A stretch of DNA of 64,000 nt from Abditibacteriaceae bacterium (GCA_965277285.1 OZ255721.1:2464001-2528000), one strand, 5' to 3'; positions 49,723 to 59,639 are shown, numbered from the stretch's first letter. A program made the numbers and translations. Notes: generated from the letters alone by a model not told the origin.

Positions 49723-50673
49723 TTACTTTCGCTGACGCCAGCGGTGACACAAATCGCGTGCGGCGTCCGGCCAATTCGAGTACTCGAACTCGAAGCCACT
49801 TTCTTGCAAGCGCGCGGGAATCACGCGACGGCTTTTGAGGACGAGTTCGCTTTCTGTACGCATGGCGCGCGTGCCGATTTCGATCATCCAACGCGTCGCG
49901 GGCAAGCCGATTTTGATGCCCCACGCGGCGCGCAAATTACGCATAAAATCGCGGTACGATAAAGGCTGCGGCGCGCAGAAATTAACGGCGCCACTCATTT
50001 CGTCGTGCGCGATTGCCCATTCTACCGCGCGCACGAAATCATCGCCGTGAATCCACGACACATATTGGCGTCCATTTCCGGCTGAACCGCCTAATCCGCG
50101 ACGCACCAAACTCAACAAAACGTCGAAAACGCCGCCGCGATCTTCGCTCATCACCATCGCCGCACGCATCTTGACTTTGCGCGTTTGCGGAGTATTCGCT
50201 TCATCAAGCGCGGTTTCCCACGCTTTGGCGACCTGGATGCTGAAACGCCACGTCTCGGGAACGTTCGGTTCGTCGCCGCCGATGATTCCACTGTGTTCGT
50301 CGTTTGGAAAGTCGAAGCGATGCGCGTAAATCGTTGCTGTACTCATTTGCAGCCAGATGCGCGGCGGGTTCTGGGATTGCGCAATCGCTTGCCCGACAAC
50401 GCGTGTACTCGCAACGCGCGAATCGAGGATGAGGCGGCGATTTTCTGCGTTGTAGCGGCAATTGACGCTGCGCCCTGCAAGGTTTATCACGACATCGGCG
50501 CCGTCGATTTCGCACGCCCAATCGCCCACTGTTTGCGCGTCCCACATCACGAAACGCCCCGCTAAAACGTTCTGTTGACGGCTCAGAACAACGACTTCAT
50601 CACCTTTGGCGGCAAAACAGCGCGCCAAAATCTGCCCAACCTGACCGCTGCCGCCGCAAAGCACGATTTTCAT
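49723..50673 (-). CDS. TIGR01777-family NAD-dependent epimerase
   Basis: GGSGQVG, INLAG, GRQYVSWIH and the C-terminal DUF1731 segment. Confidence 0.92.
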   Translation of the reverse strand: MKIVLCGGSGQVGQILARCFAAKGDEVVVLSRQQNVLAGRFVMWDAQTVGDWACEIDGADVVINLAGRSVNCRYNAENRRLILDSRVASTRVVGQAIAQSQNPPRIWLQMSTATIYAHRFDFPNDEHSGIIGGDEPNVPETWRFSIQVAKAWETALDEANTPQTRKVKMRAAMVMSEDRGGVFDVLLSLVRRGLGGSAGNGRQYVSWIHGDDFVRAVEWAIAHDEMSGAVNFCAPQPLSYRDFMRNLRAAWGIKIGLPATRWMIEIGTRAMRTESELVLKSRRVIPARLQESGFEFEYSNWPDAARDLCHRWRQRK

Positions 50674-50714
50674 GGATTGGGAAGGAATCGAGTACTCGAA
50701 GTGTTGAATGCATC

Positions 50715-50792
50715 GTAGGGGCGTCAGCTTGCTGCGCCCGTGTTCGAGTACTCGATTTCTTCAAATCGGGCGCAGCAAGCTGACGCCCCTAC
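50715..50792. repeat. GTAG-type REP doublet (REPIN-like) with the palindrome in its spacer
   Basis: gtaggggcgtcagcttgctgcgcccg pairs with cgggcgcagcaagctgacgcccctac. Confidence 0.88.
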
Positions 50793-50793
50793 A

Positions 50794-51861
50794 TTAAGCC
50801 TCGACGATTTCTCGCGCTCGTAACTCTGCAAAACTTTGCGCTTCGAGTTCATAACGTTGGCAGGCGCGCAGGCAATCGGCCAGAATGTCTTCGAGTTCCA
50901 GCATCGAAGAAACCTGGCACAAACGCCCGCGAAGAGCGCTCGATTCGGGCAAGCCTTTGGTGTACCACGCAGCGTGGCGGCGCATTTCGTTCATCGCAGT
51001 GCGTTCGCCTTTGAGAGCGATCAGTTCGCGCGCGTGCCACAACGCGGTTTCGATCTTTTCCTGCGCAGGGATTTCGGGCGCTTCGGTGCCATCTTTGAGG
51101 TATTGCGCGACCGCCGCGAACAGAAACGGATTGCCTTGTGCGGCGCGCCCGATCATCACGCCATCGCAGCCGGTTACGTCCAGCATTCGTCTGGCATCTT
51201 GTCCGTTTTCCACATCTCCGCAACCGATAACCGGAATCTCGACGGCTTCTTTGACGCGACGAATCACGTCCCAGTTAGCGCGTCCGGTGAATGCTTGCTT
51301 GCCGGTTCGCCCGTGAACACTCACCGCGACAACGCCGACATCTTGCGCGCGGCGCGCCATTTCCGGTGCGTTGATGGAGTTGTCGTCCCAACCGGCGCGC
51401 ATTTTTACGGTGACAGGAACGCCAAATTGCGCGGCGCCTTCGACTGTCGCCGCGAAAACGCGTTGTGTTTGTTCGGGGTTTTTCATCATCAGGCAACCCG
51501 CGCCACACTTGGCGATTTTGTGGACGGCGCATCCCATGTTGATGTCGATGGCGTCCGGTTTCGACTGCGCGATAATGGCGGCGGCTTGGCGCATCAAGTC
51601 TTCGTCGGCGCCAAAAATTTGCACCGCGACGGGGCGTTCTTCTTCCGAAAACCAGGCGAGTTGATGGGTTTTTTCGAGAGAACGTTCGCCGCCAAAGACC
51701 AGAGCGGCGCTGGAAATCAGTTCGCTCCAGCTCATGCCCGCACCATAGCGACGACAAAGTAGGCGAAACGGCGCGCTCGTCACGCCCGCCATCGGCGCCA
51801 GCACGACATTGGGTTCCACGTTGATGTTGGCAATTTTCACGGCAGAAAGTTTAACCGCCAA
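50794..51861 (-). CDS. dusB: tRNA dihydrouridine synthase DusB
   Basis: LAPMAGV, DINMGC, VTVKMR, VHGRT and MIGRAAQGNP motifs. Confidence 0.93.
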   Translation of the reverse strand: MAVKLSAVKIANINVEPNVVLAPMAGVTSAPFRLLCRRYGAGMSWSELISSAALVFGGERSLEKTHQLAWFSEEERPVAVQIFGADEDLMRQAAAIIAQSKPDAIDINMGCAVHKIAKCGAGCLMMKNPEQTQRVFAATVEGAAQFGVPVTVKMRAGWDDNSINAPEMARRAQDVGVVAVSVHGRTGKQAFTGRANWDVIRRVKEAVEIPVIGCGDVENGQDARRMLDVTGCDGVMIGRAAQGNPFLFAAVAQYLKDGTEAPEIPAQEKIETALWHARELIALKGERTAMNEMRRHAAWYTKGLPESSALRGRLCQVSSMLELEDILADCLRACQRYELEAQSFAELRAREIVEA

Positions 51862-51908
51862 GACGCCAAGCGCGCAGAGAAAGAAAACAATCGAGTACTC
51901 GAAACTCG

Positions 51909-51982
51909 CAGTTTGTCATTCTGAGTGCAGCGAAGAATCTGGTTGAAGTTAGATTCTTCGCTGCACTCAGAATGACAAACTG
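51909..51982. repeat. REP-like inverted repeat, family B
   Basis: Perfect 32-bp arms. Decayed half-copies follow at about 52015-52080. Confidence 0.88.
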
Positions 51983-52096
51983 GTAATTTCGAGCGTTTTC
52001 TCTAACTTTCTATACACGCTCTCGGAATGACGAAACTACAGTTTCGTCTGCTTTTTCGACACACTCAGAAGGACAAAAACTCGTTCGTCTCTGCGG

Positions 52097-52330
52097 TTAC
52101 TGTAGTTTGGGCTGATTGGCTTGTGCGGCCTCGATTTGCTCTTTCAAGGTGCCACGCAGCAGCAGAACGTTGCCGTCGCGCAAAGTCACTTGCGTCACGC
52201 GATGTTTGCCCGCCAGAAACAGGCGCGCCGTTTTTTCTTCGACCGCGACGACTTGCGACGGATCGAGATCGTAATCGACTTCGGTGTGATAGCGCGGGTC
52301 AGTGAAAATCCGGCAGTGAATGAGGTTCAT
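52097..52330 (-). CDS. Hypothetical 77-aa protein
   Basis: ATG overlaps the coaX stop (ATGA). Begins MNLIHCRIFTDPRY. Confidence 0.6.
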   Translation of the reverse strand: MNLIHCRIFTDPRYHTEVDYDLDPSQVVAVEEKTARLFLAGKHRVTQVTLRDGNVLLLRGTLKEQIEAAQANQPKLQ

Positions 52331-53133
52331 AAAACAGCGTTTTTCTTTCGCCACAAAAGGCGCAAACCTTCCAACGTCAAATGCGGCTCGATGTGGCCAA
52401 TCGCGGGAACCAGAGGCGCGATAACTTCGGCCAGACCGCCTGTCGCCAGCGTTTCGAGTACTCGATTGGTGCCCAGAAACGGCTCCATTTCGCGCGTGCA
52501 TCGCTCGACCAATTCTTTCACCAAACCGGCGTAACCGAAAACTATGCCGCTTTGCATCGAACTTGTCGTGTCGCGCGCGAGAGCGCAAGAGGGCGCTTGA
52601 AGTTCGATGCGCGGCAGTTTCGCGGCAGCTTTGTAAAGCGCATCGGACGCGATTCCCAAACCAGGCGCAATCGCGCCGCCCAGATAATGTCCGTCGTGTG
52701 AAACTGCGTCCACCGTTGTCGCGGTTCCAAAATCAACGATGAGACACGCGCAACCGAACTTTTCGCGCGACGCCAGAGCGTTCACCAAACGGTCGGCGCC
52801 CACCGCTTCAGGCGGATTGTAATCGTTGACCAAACCAAAATCGGTGTTTTTATCAATTGTGAAAACGTCGCAATTGAAAAAACGCGCGCTCATTTGCACG
52901 ACTTGTGGCGTCAGCGGCGGCACAACCGAACAAATCGCCACGCCATGCACATCGGCAAAACGCAGATTTTCCAAATCGAAACAGTTCTTTAGCAATGCGC
53001 CCAATTCATCGCCCGTGCGCTCGCGCTGCGAGGAAAAACGCCACTGCGCCGCCAGAACATCATCGCCAGAAGTGCTTTCGCGCCACACGCCGCAAGTAAT
53101 GTTGGTGTTGCCGATGTCGAGAACGAGAAGCAT
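52327..53133 (-). CDS. coaX: Type III pantothenate kinase
   Basis: LDIGNTN, SVVP, GADR, DFGTATT and GGAIAPG motifs. Confidence 0.96.
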   Translation of the reverse strand: MLLVLDIGNTNITCGVWRESTSGDDVLAAQWRFSSQRERTGDELGALLKNCFDLENLRFADVHGVAICSVVPPLTPQVVQMSARFFNCDVFTIDKNTDFGLVNDYNPPEAVGADRLVNALASREKFGCACLIVDFGTATTVDAVSHDGHYLGGAIAPGLGIASDALYKAAAKLPRIELQAPSCALARDTTSSMQSGIVFGYAGLVKELVERCTREMEPFLGTNRVLETLATGGLAEVIAPLVPAIGHIEPHLTLEGLRLLWRKKNAVL

Positions 53134-53141
53134 TTTGGGAG

Positions 53142-53211
53142 TTCTCAATTTTGAATTCTTAGTTTTGAGTTAAAGGTCGTCAACTCAAAACTAAGAATTC
53201 AAAATTGAGAA
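53142..53211. repeat. AT-rich heptamer-based perfect inverted repeat
   Basis: ttctcaattttgaattcttagttttgagtt-N10-aactcaaaactaagaattcaaaattgagaa. Confidence 0.85.
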
Positions 53212-53217
53212 TTGAAG

Positions 53218-53436
53218 TTACTCCGCGCTTTCCGGCACCGCTTGCGCCGCAGCTTTGAAGCCGACTTTGCTGTGCTGGCCGTCGCAGAACGGCTTGTTGA
53301 CGCTGGCGCCGCAACGACACAAGGCGACTTTTCCGCTGCTGGCGTCAATTGCGTTGCCGTTGCTGTCCGTCAATTCAATTGGTCCTTGCACCAAAAACGG
53401 CCCATTGTCCAACACTGTAATTTTTACATCTGCCAT
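53218..53436 (-). CDS. CDGSH iron-sulfur domain protein
   Basis: LCRCGASVNKPFCDGQH. Confidence 0.93.
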   Translation of the reverse strand: MADVKITVLDNGPFLVQGPIELTDSNGNAIDASSGKVALCRCGASVNKPFCDGQHSKVGFKAAAQAVPESAE

Positions 53437-53523
53437 TGTTTTCTTCTCCACTAAACACGAAATCGAGTACTCGAAACCGCTGTTTGCGCGCTTCGACTAA
53501 TCGTAACTTCTATTGTTACACAT

Positions 53524-54726
53524 TTAAGACTTGTCGTCAGTTAGCAGCGGCTGGTTTTTTAGGTTTTCGTCTGCAGCGGAAGATTTGCGCGAACTGGTGG
53601 GATGCAGGTTTTCGACTTGCGTGAAAGCGGCGTCGAGTTTGATTTTGGCGATGTGAGGGCGCAAAAGCGACGCGCGCAAAAGGTCGCGTTCCATGCTGTG
53701 AATGGAGCGGCCATGCAAAACCTGCATATAAGCTGGACGAATCCACACCAGCAGTTCGTTGAAGCGTTGGCGCGTCAAGCCTTTGGCCCAATCCATTTCG
53801 TGCGCCAATCGCAGCATGGAAAGCGCGTCGGTCGCTTCGCGGCAGCCGATGCGTCGTGCGAAACGCAAAACGCCGTAAGCGCGCCCGATGGAATCACGCG
53901 CTTCGTTGCTCCACTTTTCTGTTTTTAACAGTTCGCGGGCGCGTCGTTCCATGTCGCAGAGTTCGCGGGCGGCGTTTTCGGTTTGCAAGAGCGTTTCGGT
54001 TTCATCGACGCCCAGCGTGAGTTGGTTGGACAATTGGTGCAAATGTCCCCAGATTTTGGAGCCTTCGCCGAAACTGCCGCGCAACGTCATTTGTTTATCG
54101 TCCGCCCATTTGCGCGCGCGATCGATTTTGCCAGTTATTTCCAAAGCCAGCAAATGCAGCATCACGCTGGCGCGCACGCCGGTTCCGGCATTGGTCGGGC
54201 ACGTCGTCAGATAACCGAAAGTGTCGGAATAAGCGTAGCCACCGTGCGCATCGAACCACGTTTCCAGAGCGTCATCGAGCTTGTCGACAACGGCGTGCGC
54301 AGCGTCGAGTTGCAGGCCAGGCAACAAACTTTGCAATCGCAAGTGATCTTCTTCGTTGATGAGAACCGCCAAACTCGCATCGGCGGAAGCGACAATGCCG
54401 CGTCCCAATTCGTCTTCGATGTGCTCGCGCGAGGTGACGTAGCGGTCGATCAGGCTTTGGCGTTCCCAACCGTTGAAGTTTTCAAACCAGAGTTGACGAC
54501 CGTCGCTGAGTCCGCCGGAGTTTTCGGCGGTCGCGTGCAAGGCTTGCAAGGTGCGATGACGAATAACGAGCAAGTCGCGCGGACTGGCGCGATGCGGAAA
54601 CTCGAAACGCTTCATGTTGCGCGCCAGGCGCACGCGCGACGACAGCACGACATCGTTTTCGTGACCGCCGCGACGCATCCAGCGCGCCGTGCGGTCGAAA
54701 TAAGTGAGAAGAAGCGGAGGAGTCAT
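53524..54726 (-). CDS. mcsB: Protein arginine kinase McsB
   Basis: SSRVRLARN, NEEDHLR, YLTTCPTNAGTG and QLSNQLTLG motifs. Confidence 0.92.
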   Translation of the reverse strand: MTPPLLLTYFDRTARWMRRGGHENDVVLSSRVRLARNMKRFEFPHRASPRDLLVIRHRTLQALHATAENSGGLSDGRQLWFENFNGWERQSLIDRYVTSREHIEDELGRGIVASADASLAVLINEEDHLRLQSLLPGLQLDAAHAVVDKLDDALETWFDAHGGYAYSDTFGYLTTCPTNAGTGVRASVMLHLLALEITGKIDRARKWADDKQMTLRGSFGEGSKIWGHLHQLSNQLTLGVDETETLLQTENAARELCDMERRARELLKTEKWSNEARDSIGRAYGVLRFARRIGCREATDALSMLRLAHEMDWAKGLTRQRFNELLVWIRPAYMQVLHGRSIHSMERDLLRASLLRPHIAKIKLDAAFTQVENLHPTSSRKSSAADENLKNQPLLTDDKS

Positions 54727-54785
54727 GTCAGGAGGCAGTTGGCAGCGGCAAGAAGTCGAAATCGAGTACTCGATTGGATGAAATC

Positions 54786-54869
54786 AACGAACTCGGAACG
54801 TCAGTGACGGGTGAACTATCACTGACATCAAACTCTGAGTTCACCCGTCACTGACGTTCCGAGTTCGTT
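54786..54869. repeat. REP-like inverted repeat, family A
   Basis: Perfect 32-bp arms aacgaactcggaacgtcagtgacgggtgaact. Confidence 0.88.
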
Positions 54870-54879
54870 TACAAAGTGT

Positions 54880-55350
54880 TCAGCCGTCCACGATTGTCGA
54901 GGCAACGATTTTGATTTTGTCGCGCAGTTTGGCGGCTTCTTCGTAGTTTTCGCGTTCAAGACTTTCTTTCAATCGCCGTTGCAGCATTTCCAATCGGTTG
55001 TCGCGGCGCTGGCGCAAATGAATCAAGCGCATCTGGCGCTTGAGCATGGCGCGCGGCGTTTTCCCCGCGTGCTGCGAGGTTTTTTGCACGCGCTCCATCA
55101 CGTTCGCCAACTCCTGCGAAAACGCGACGTAGCATTGAGCGCAACCGGCGCGCCCATCCTGCTTCAACCTGTCCCACGTCATGCCGCATTTGGCGCAGCG
55201 GCTCGATTCGACGCGCGAAGGTTCCGTTCTTTCGTCCGGTCGTGCGCGACCCAGCAGGCGCTCGAAATCTTCTTCGCTCATCTGCGCCGGTTCGTCGCCC
55301 GCGATTTCGTCTTCGTAATCGTCTTCCGGTTGAGAAAATTCGTCTTGCAT
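54880..55350 (-). CDS. mcsA: McsA-like activator (CxxC...GCxxCY, UVR domain)
   Basis: CAKCG, GCAQCY, HAGKTP and ENYEEAAKLRDKI. Upstream of mcsB. Confidence 0.85.
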   Translation of the reverse strand: MQDEFSQPEDDYEDEIAGDEPAQMSEEDFERLLGRARPDERTEPSRVESSRCAKCGMTWDRLKQDGRAGCAQCYVAFSQELANVMERVQKTSQHAGKTPRAMLKRQMRLIHLRQRRDNRLEMLQRRLKESLERENYEEAAKLRDKIKIVASTIVDG

Positions 55351-55428
55351 GATCGTGAAGCCAAGATTCGAGTACTCGAATGCGTTTAGAAGTTGTTTGA
55401 GAAGTTCACGGAACGCTTTGAGATTAAG

Positions 55429-55502
55429 AGTTTGTCATTCTGAGCCGTAGCGAAGAATCTAACACTATGCCAGATTCTTCTCTTCGCTCAGAATGACAAA
55501 CT
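55429..55502. repeat. REP-like inverted repeat, family B
   Basis: agtttgtcattctgagccgtagcgaagaatct pairs with agattcttctcttcgctcagaatgacaaact. Confidence 0.85.
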
Positions 55503-55542
55503 GCTACTTTTCAATGCTGTTTTCTATTTTGCAAACTGCTTC

Positions 55543-55950
55543 TTACAACATCGCTAATTTGCGCGGTTCCTCGTCGGAATCGGGAGTGTTCTGTTGAGCG
55601 CGCAATCGTGCATTGAGGTCTTTTTCCGCCTGCAGCGCATTTTCGTAACGCGTGATAATTTCCAAGTTCGCCATGCGCTCTTCCAACTGCTTCAAATCGC
55701 CCGCTGGCGGCGCGGCAATTTGACGTTGCCCCAACGCGCCCCACACGGCTGCCGTTCCAAAAGCCGCCGCACCGATGACAGCCAAAGGAACGAGCATGGT
55801 GAGAATCGCAGCGAACATATTGCCGCTTGCCGCCGCGCCGCCCACCAAGGGAATACAAAGCGCCAGCATCAGGCTGGCAAACTTCCAGATGCGCGTCGTG
55901 GCATTGATACGCACGTCGGCATCTTCCACGTTCTTGATTTGATGGTTCAT
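55543..55950 (-). CDS. Hypothetical 2-TM protein with coiled coil
   Basis: SD GAGG, two TM segments, LEERMANLEII. Confidence 0.75.
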   Translation of the reverse strand: MNHQIKNVEDADVRINATTRIWKFASLMLALCIPLVGGAAASGNMFAAILTMLVPLAVIGAAAFGTAAVWGALGQRQIAAPPAGDLKQLEERMANLEIITRYENALQAEKDLNARLRAQQNTPDSDEEPRKLAML

Positions 55951-55973
55951 CGTTTCTCCTCATTTCAACAATT

Positions 55974-56861
55974 TCAATCGAACAACGACTCGCCTTCGCT
56001 GTGCGTCAATTCACGATAACGCGCCATCAACTGTTTTGTGATCGCACCAGGTTCGCCATTGCCGATTTTGCGATTGTCCAGCATCGTCAAAGGCACGACT
56101 TCAGCCGCGGTTCCCGTCAAAAACGCTTCTTCGGCGCTGTAAATATCGAAGAGCGCGATGTCGCGCTCGACGCAACGAATGCCGCTTTCTTCGGCAATGC
56201 GCATCACGGCATCGCGCGTAATTCCTTCGAGTGCGCCTGCTGTAATCGGTGGCGTGCGCAGTTCGGTTTTGCCGCTATAATCGCGCACCAAAATAAAGAC
56301 GTTATCGGCTGAGCATTCGGCGACCAAGCCTTGATCGTTCAGCATGATACATTCGGGAACACTGGCGCGAATGCACTCGATCTTCGCCAGAATGTGGTTC
56401 AAATAGTTCAACGATTTAATCGCCGGAGAAAGCACATCGGGACGCGAACGACGCGTTGAAGCGGTGATACATTCCATGCCATGTTCATAGACTTCGGCGG
56501 GATAAAGTTTGATGGCGTCCGCGATGACGATAACGGTCGGCGTCGGGCATTTGCGCGGATCAAGTCCCAAATCGCCCGCGCCGCGCGAAATCACGACGCG
56601 AACGTAGCCATTCGGCATTTCGTTGGCGCGCACCGTTTCGATGATGGCGGCTTTGAGTTCATCGTTGCTCATCGGCCATTCGAGCAGAATCGCTTTGGCC
56701 GAGCGGCGCAAACGTTCGAGATGTTCATCCAAACGAAAGATGCGACCGTTGTAAACGCGCAAACCCTCGAAAACGCCGTCGCCGTAAAGAAAACCGTGAT
56801 CGAAAACCGAGACTACGGCGTTTTCTTTGTCCACCAATTTGTTGTTGAGAAAAATCTTCAT
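55974..56861 (-). CDS. ilvE: Branched-chain amino acid aminotransferase
   Basis: DHGFLYGDGVFEG, IKSLNY, LEGITR and EAFLTGTAAE motifs. Confidence 0.94.
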   Translation of the reverse strand: MKIFLNNKLVDKENAVVSVFDHGFLYGDGVFEGLRVYNGRIFRLDEHLERLRRSAKAILLEWPMSNDELKAAIIETVRANEMPNGYVRVVISRGAGDLGLDPRKCPTPTVIVIADAIKLYPAEVYEHGMECITASTRRSRPDVLSPAIKSLNYLNHILAKIECIRASVPECIMLNDQGLVAECSADNVFILVRDYSGKTELRTPPITAGALEGITRDAVMRIAEESGIRCVERDIALFDIYSAEEAFLTGTAAEVVPLTMLDNRKIGNGEPGAITKQLMARYRELTHSEGESLFD

Positions 56862-56936
56862 GTTAGTTGACGGTTATCAATTTTCGGCTGCATCGAGTAC
56901 TGGATTGGAAGCTAATTCAAGAGTCCGGAAAATGAG

Positions 56937-57008
56937 AGTTTGTCATTCTGAGCGCAGCGAAGAATCTTACTGAACATAGATTCTTCGCTGCGCTGAGAAT
57001 GACAAACT
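56937..57008. repeat. REP-like inverted repeat, family B
   Basis: agtttgtcattctgagcgcagcgaagaatct pairs with agattcttcgctgcgctgagaatgacaaact. Confidence 0.85.
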
Positions 57009-57040
57009 TCCAATTCACTCGATTTATAGAAAACTCGTTG

Positions 57041-58084
57041 CTATCGCAGCGGCAGTTCGACCCAGTTGCCGGTTTCGATGGATTGTTCCATCGCAATCAC
57101 CATTTCCAGCGCCTTGTAAGATTCTTCGCCTGGAATCGGGTTCGGCTTGCGTCCCAGAACGGCATCGACAAAGTCCTGAATGACGCCCAAGTACCATTTA
57201 TCGGACGTGTTGGCGACCATTTCCCCGACATCGAAGACTTCGCGCTCCTGGCCTTTTGCGGCGCCCTTGTGATAAACGACGACCGGCGCGCCCGGCTCGA
57301 CGCTCAAGCGCAAAACGCCGTTGGCGCAAAACGCAGTGAACGAGTTGTCTTCGGTTCCGTGACACGTCCAGCTGGTCGAAATGATGCCCAGAGCGCCGCT
57401 ATCGAACTGCACCAACGCCTGGCTGTTGTCTTCCACATCGCCTGGCTTTTCCAGCGTCGCTTTCTGCGCGATGATGCGCTTGGCTTCCAGGCCCGTCAGA
57501 AAGCGCACAAGGTCGCATTTATGAACACCCAAATCGGCCAATGGGCCAAAGCCTGAAATCGATTTATTGAAGAACCACTCGCTGGTTTTGCTCCAGCTTT
57601 CCGGGCCGGGATGCGCGAATGTCGTCTGGATGTGCGAAATCTTGCCCAGCTTGCCCGATTTCAAAATCTCGCGCGCTTTCTGGTGCGGCTTGCTGTAACG
57701 TTGCGATTGGTCGATCATCAAGACCAAACCTTTTTTGTTTGCCGTGTCGATCATCGCTTGCGCGTCGTCCAAAGTCAGCGCCATCGGCTTTTCGCACAAA
57801 ACGTGGACGCCCGCTTCGAGAGCTTTCAGCGAAACGCTGGCGTGAAGATGATTGCGCTCGCAAACGCTGATCGCCTGCACGCCGCTGTTGACGAACTCGT
57901 CTAAATTGTCATAAAACTTGACGCCTTTGGGTTCATATTCGGCGATGACATCTTTGCAAAACGACAAATCGCCGTTATACATGGCGACCAGTTCGCAATC
58001 CGGCGATTCTTCGTATTCGTGGATGTGCAGCACTTTGGCGATCTGTCCCAAACCGGCGACGCCAACTTTCAATTTCTCACTCAT
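57041..58084 (-). CDS. Gfo/Idh/MocA oxidoreductase
   Basis: GLGQIA, HVLCEKP and DLGVH motifs. Confidence 0.93.
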   Translation of the reverse strand: MSEKLKVGVAGLGQIAKVLHIHEYEESPDCELVAMYNGDLSFCKDVIAEYEPKGVKFYDNLDEFVNSGVQAISVCERNHLHASVSLKALEAGVHVLCEKPMALTLDDAQAMIDTANKKGLVLMIDQSQRYSKPHQKAREILKSGKLGKISHIQTTFAHPGPESWSKTSEWFFNKSISGFGPLADLGVHKCDLVRFLTGLEAKRIIAQKATLEKPGDVEDNSQALVQFDSGALGIISTSWTCHGTEDNSFTAFCANGVLRLSVEPGAPVVVYHKGAAKGQEREVFDVGEMVANTSDKWYLGVIQDFVDAVLGRKPNPIPGEESYKALEMVIAMEQSIETGNWVELPLR

Positions 58085-58165
58085 TCCAAACTCCTTTTTA
58101 TTGGTTTACCGCAAAGGCATAAAGACGCAGAGAAAATCAAGAATCGAGTACTCGAAACTCACAAC

Positions 58166-58246
58166 TTGTCATTCTGAGCGCAGCGAAGAATCCCCTTAAA
58201 ATCCCGTTTAACGTCAGGGGATTCTTCGCTGCGCTCAGAATGACAA
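58166..58246. repeat. REP-like inverted repeat, family B, nested in an outer imperfect IR (about 58108-58300)
   Basis: ttgtcattctgagcgcagcgaagaatcccct pairs with aggggattcttcgctgcgctcagaatgacaa. Confidence 0.88.
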
Positions 58247-58311
58247 ATTTCTGCGCCAATGCAAATCGTTTTCTCTACCGACTTCGCGTCCTTCGCGGTG
58301 AATTCTCTTCG

Positions 58312-59484
58312 TTAAATCTGTGGTACGTATTCCCATTTCTGCGATGCGGCGGCGCTGTCTACGGCGTCTAAAACAGCATTGACTTGCGCACCATCGCGGA
58401 AATCGGCGTGAACGTCTTCGTGTCGCGCGTGAGCGTTCAGCAAATCGTAAATCGTGTTAATGAACGTGTGTTCGTAGCCGATGATGTGAGCTGTCGGCCA
58501 ATAAGCGCCCGCATAAGGATGGCTGCCTTCGGTCGTTTGAATGGTGCGAAAACCTTTGCGACCGTCCGCATCGGCGTTGTCGTAATATTCCAGTTCGTTC
58601 ATGCGCTCGAAGTTGAAAGCGACGCTGCCTTTGCTGCCGTTAACTTCAAAACTGTTGTGATTTTTGCGCCCCAACGCGTAGCGCGTCGCCTCGAAAGTGC
58701 CGACCGCGCCGCTTTCAAAACGCGCCAAAAACAGCGCCGCGTCGTCAACCGTGACTTCGCCTCTTTTGTCAGCCGCTTTGAAACCACTCAAACCCTCGTT
58801 GCCCGTCGCGGCGGCTTGCAAAGGTCGCTCTTTGATAAAGGTTTCGGTCAATGCCGTCACGCTCGAAATGTTGCCGATCAGATATTGCGCGGTATCGACG
58901 ATGTGCGCGCCCAAATCGCCCAGCGAACCCGAACCGGCGACTTCGCGGCGCAAGCGCCAGCCCAGCGAAACGTTGGGATCAACCAACCAATCCTGCAAAT
59001 ACGTCGCGCGAAAATGGTAGATTTTGCCCAAAGTGCCGTCTTCGATCATTTGTTTGGCGAGAGCAATCGCAGGCACGCGACGATAATTAAAACACACCAT
59101 GTTGACGACTTTGGCTTGTTCGACGGCGGCCAGCATTTCGCGTGCTTCGCTCAGAGTGTTGCCCAGAGGTTTTTCGCAGAGCACGGTTTTTCCGGCTTGC
59201 GCGGCGGCGATGGCCATTTCTTTGTGCTGGTTGCCGGGCGTGCCGATGTCGATGATGTCGATGTCGCTTCGTTCGATCAACTTGCGGAAATCGGTTTCAT
59301 ACGACTGCCAGCCCAAACGGTCGGCGGCTTGGCGCACGTTTTCTTCGTTGCGTCCGCAAATCGCGCGCATCACGGGCTTGACTTCGGGATCGAAGAAGCG
59401 ACTCACCTGGCGATACGCGTTCGAGTGCGCCTTGCCCATGAAAGCGTAGCCGATAAGCCCGATGCCGACTTCTTTCTGTGCCAT
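58312..59484 (-). CDS. Gfo/Idh/MocA oxidoreductase
   Basis: IGYAFMGKAHS, CEKPL, YLQDW and GSLGDLGAH motifs. Confidence 0.93.
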   Translation of the reverse strand: MAQKEVGIGLIGYAFMGKAHSNAYRQVSRFFDPEVKPVMRAICGRNEENVRQAADRLGWQSYETDFRKLIERSDIDIIDIGTPGNQHKEMAIAAAQAGKTVLCEKPLGNTLSEAREMLAAVEQAKVVNMVCFNYRRVPAIALAKQMIEDGTLGKIYHFRATYLQDWLVDPNVSLGWRLRREVAGSGSLGDLGAHIVDTAQYLIGNISSVTALTETFIKERPLQAAATGNEGLSGFKAADKRGEVTVDDAALFLARFESGAVGTFEATRYALGRKNHNSFEVNGSKGSVAFNFERMNELEYYDNADADGRKGFRTIQTTEGSHPYAGAYWPTAHIIGYEHTFINTIYDLLNAHARHEDVHADFRDGAQVNAVLDAVDSAAASQKWEYVPQI

Positions 59485-59639
59485 AACCAGAACTCTCCGT
59501 GTTGCGCGAAAAATGAAGTTGAAACTGCTGAAGTTGCTTGCATCTTAACCCAACTTCCAACCCGCGAAAAGGCGCCATCGAGTACTCGATTGTTAGTTGT
59601 GCGATAATAAGGAAGCTGAAAATTTGGGGAGGTGCTGTC

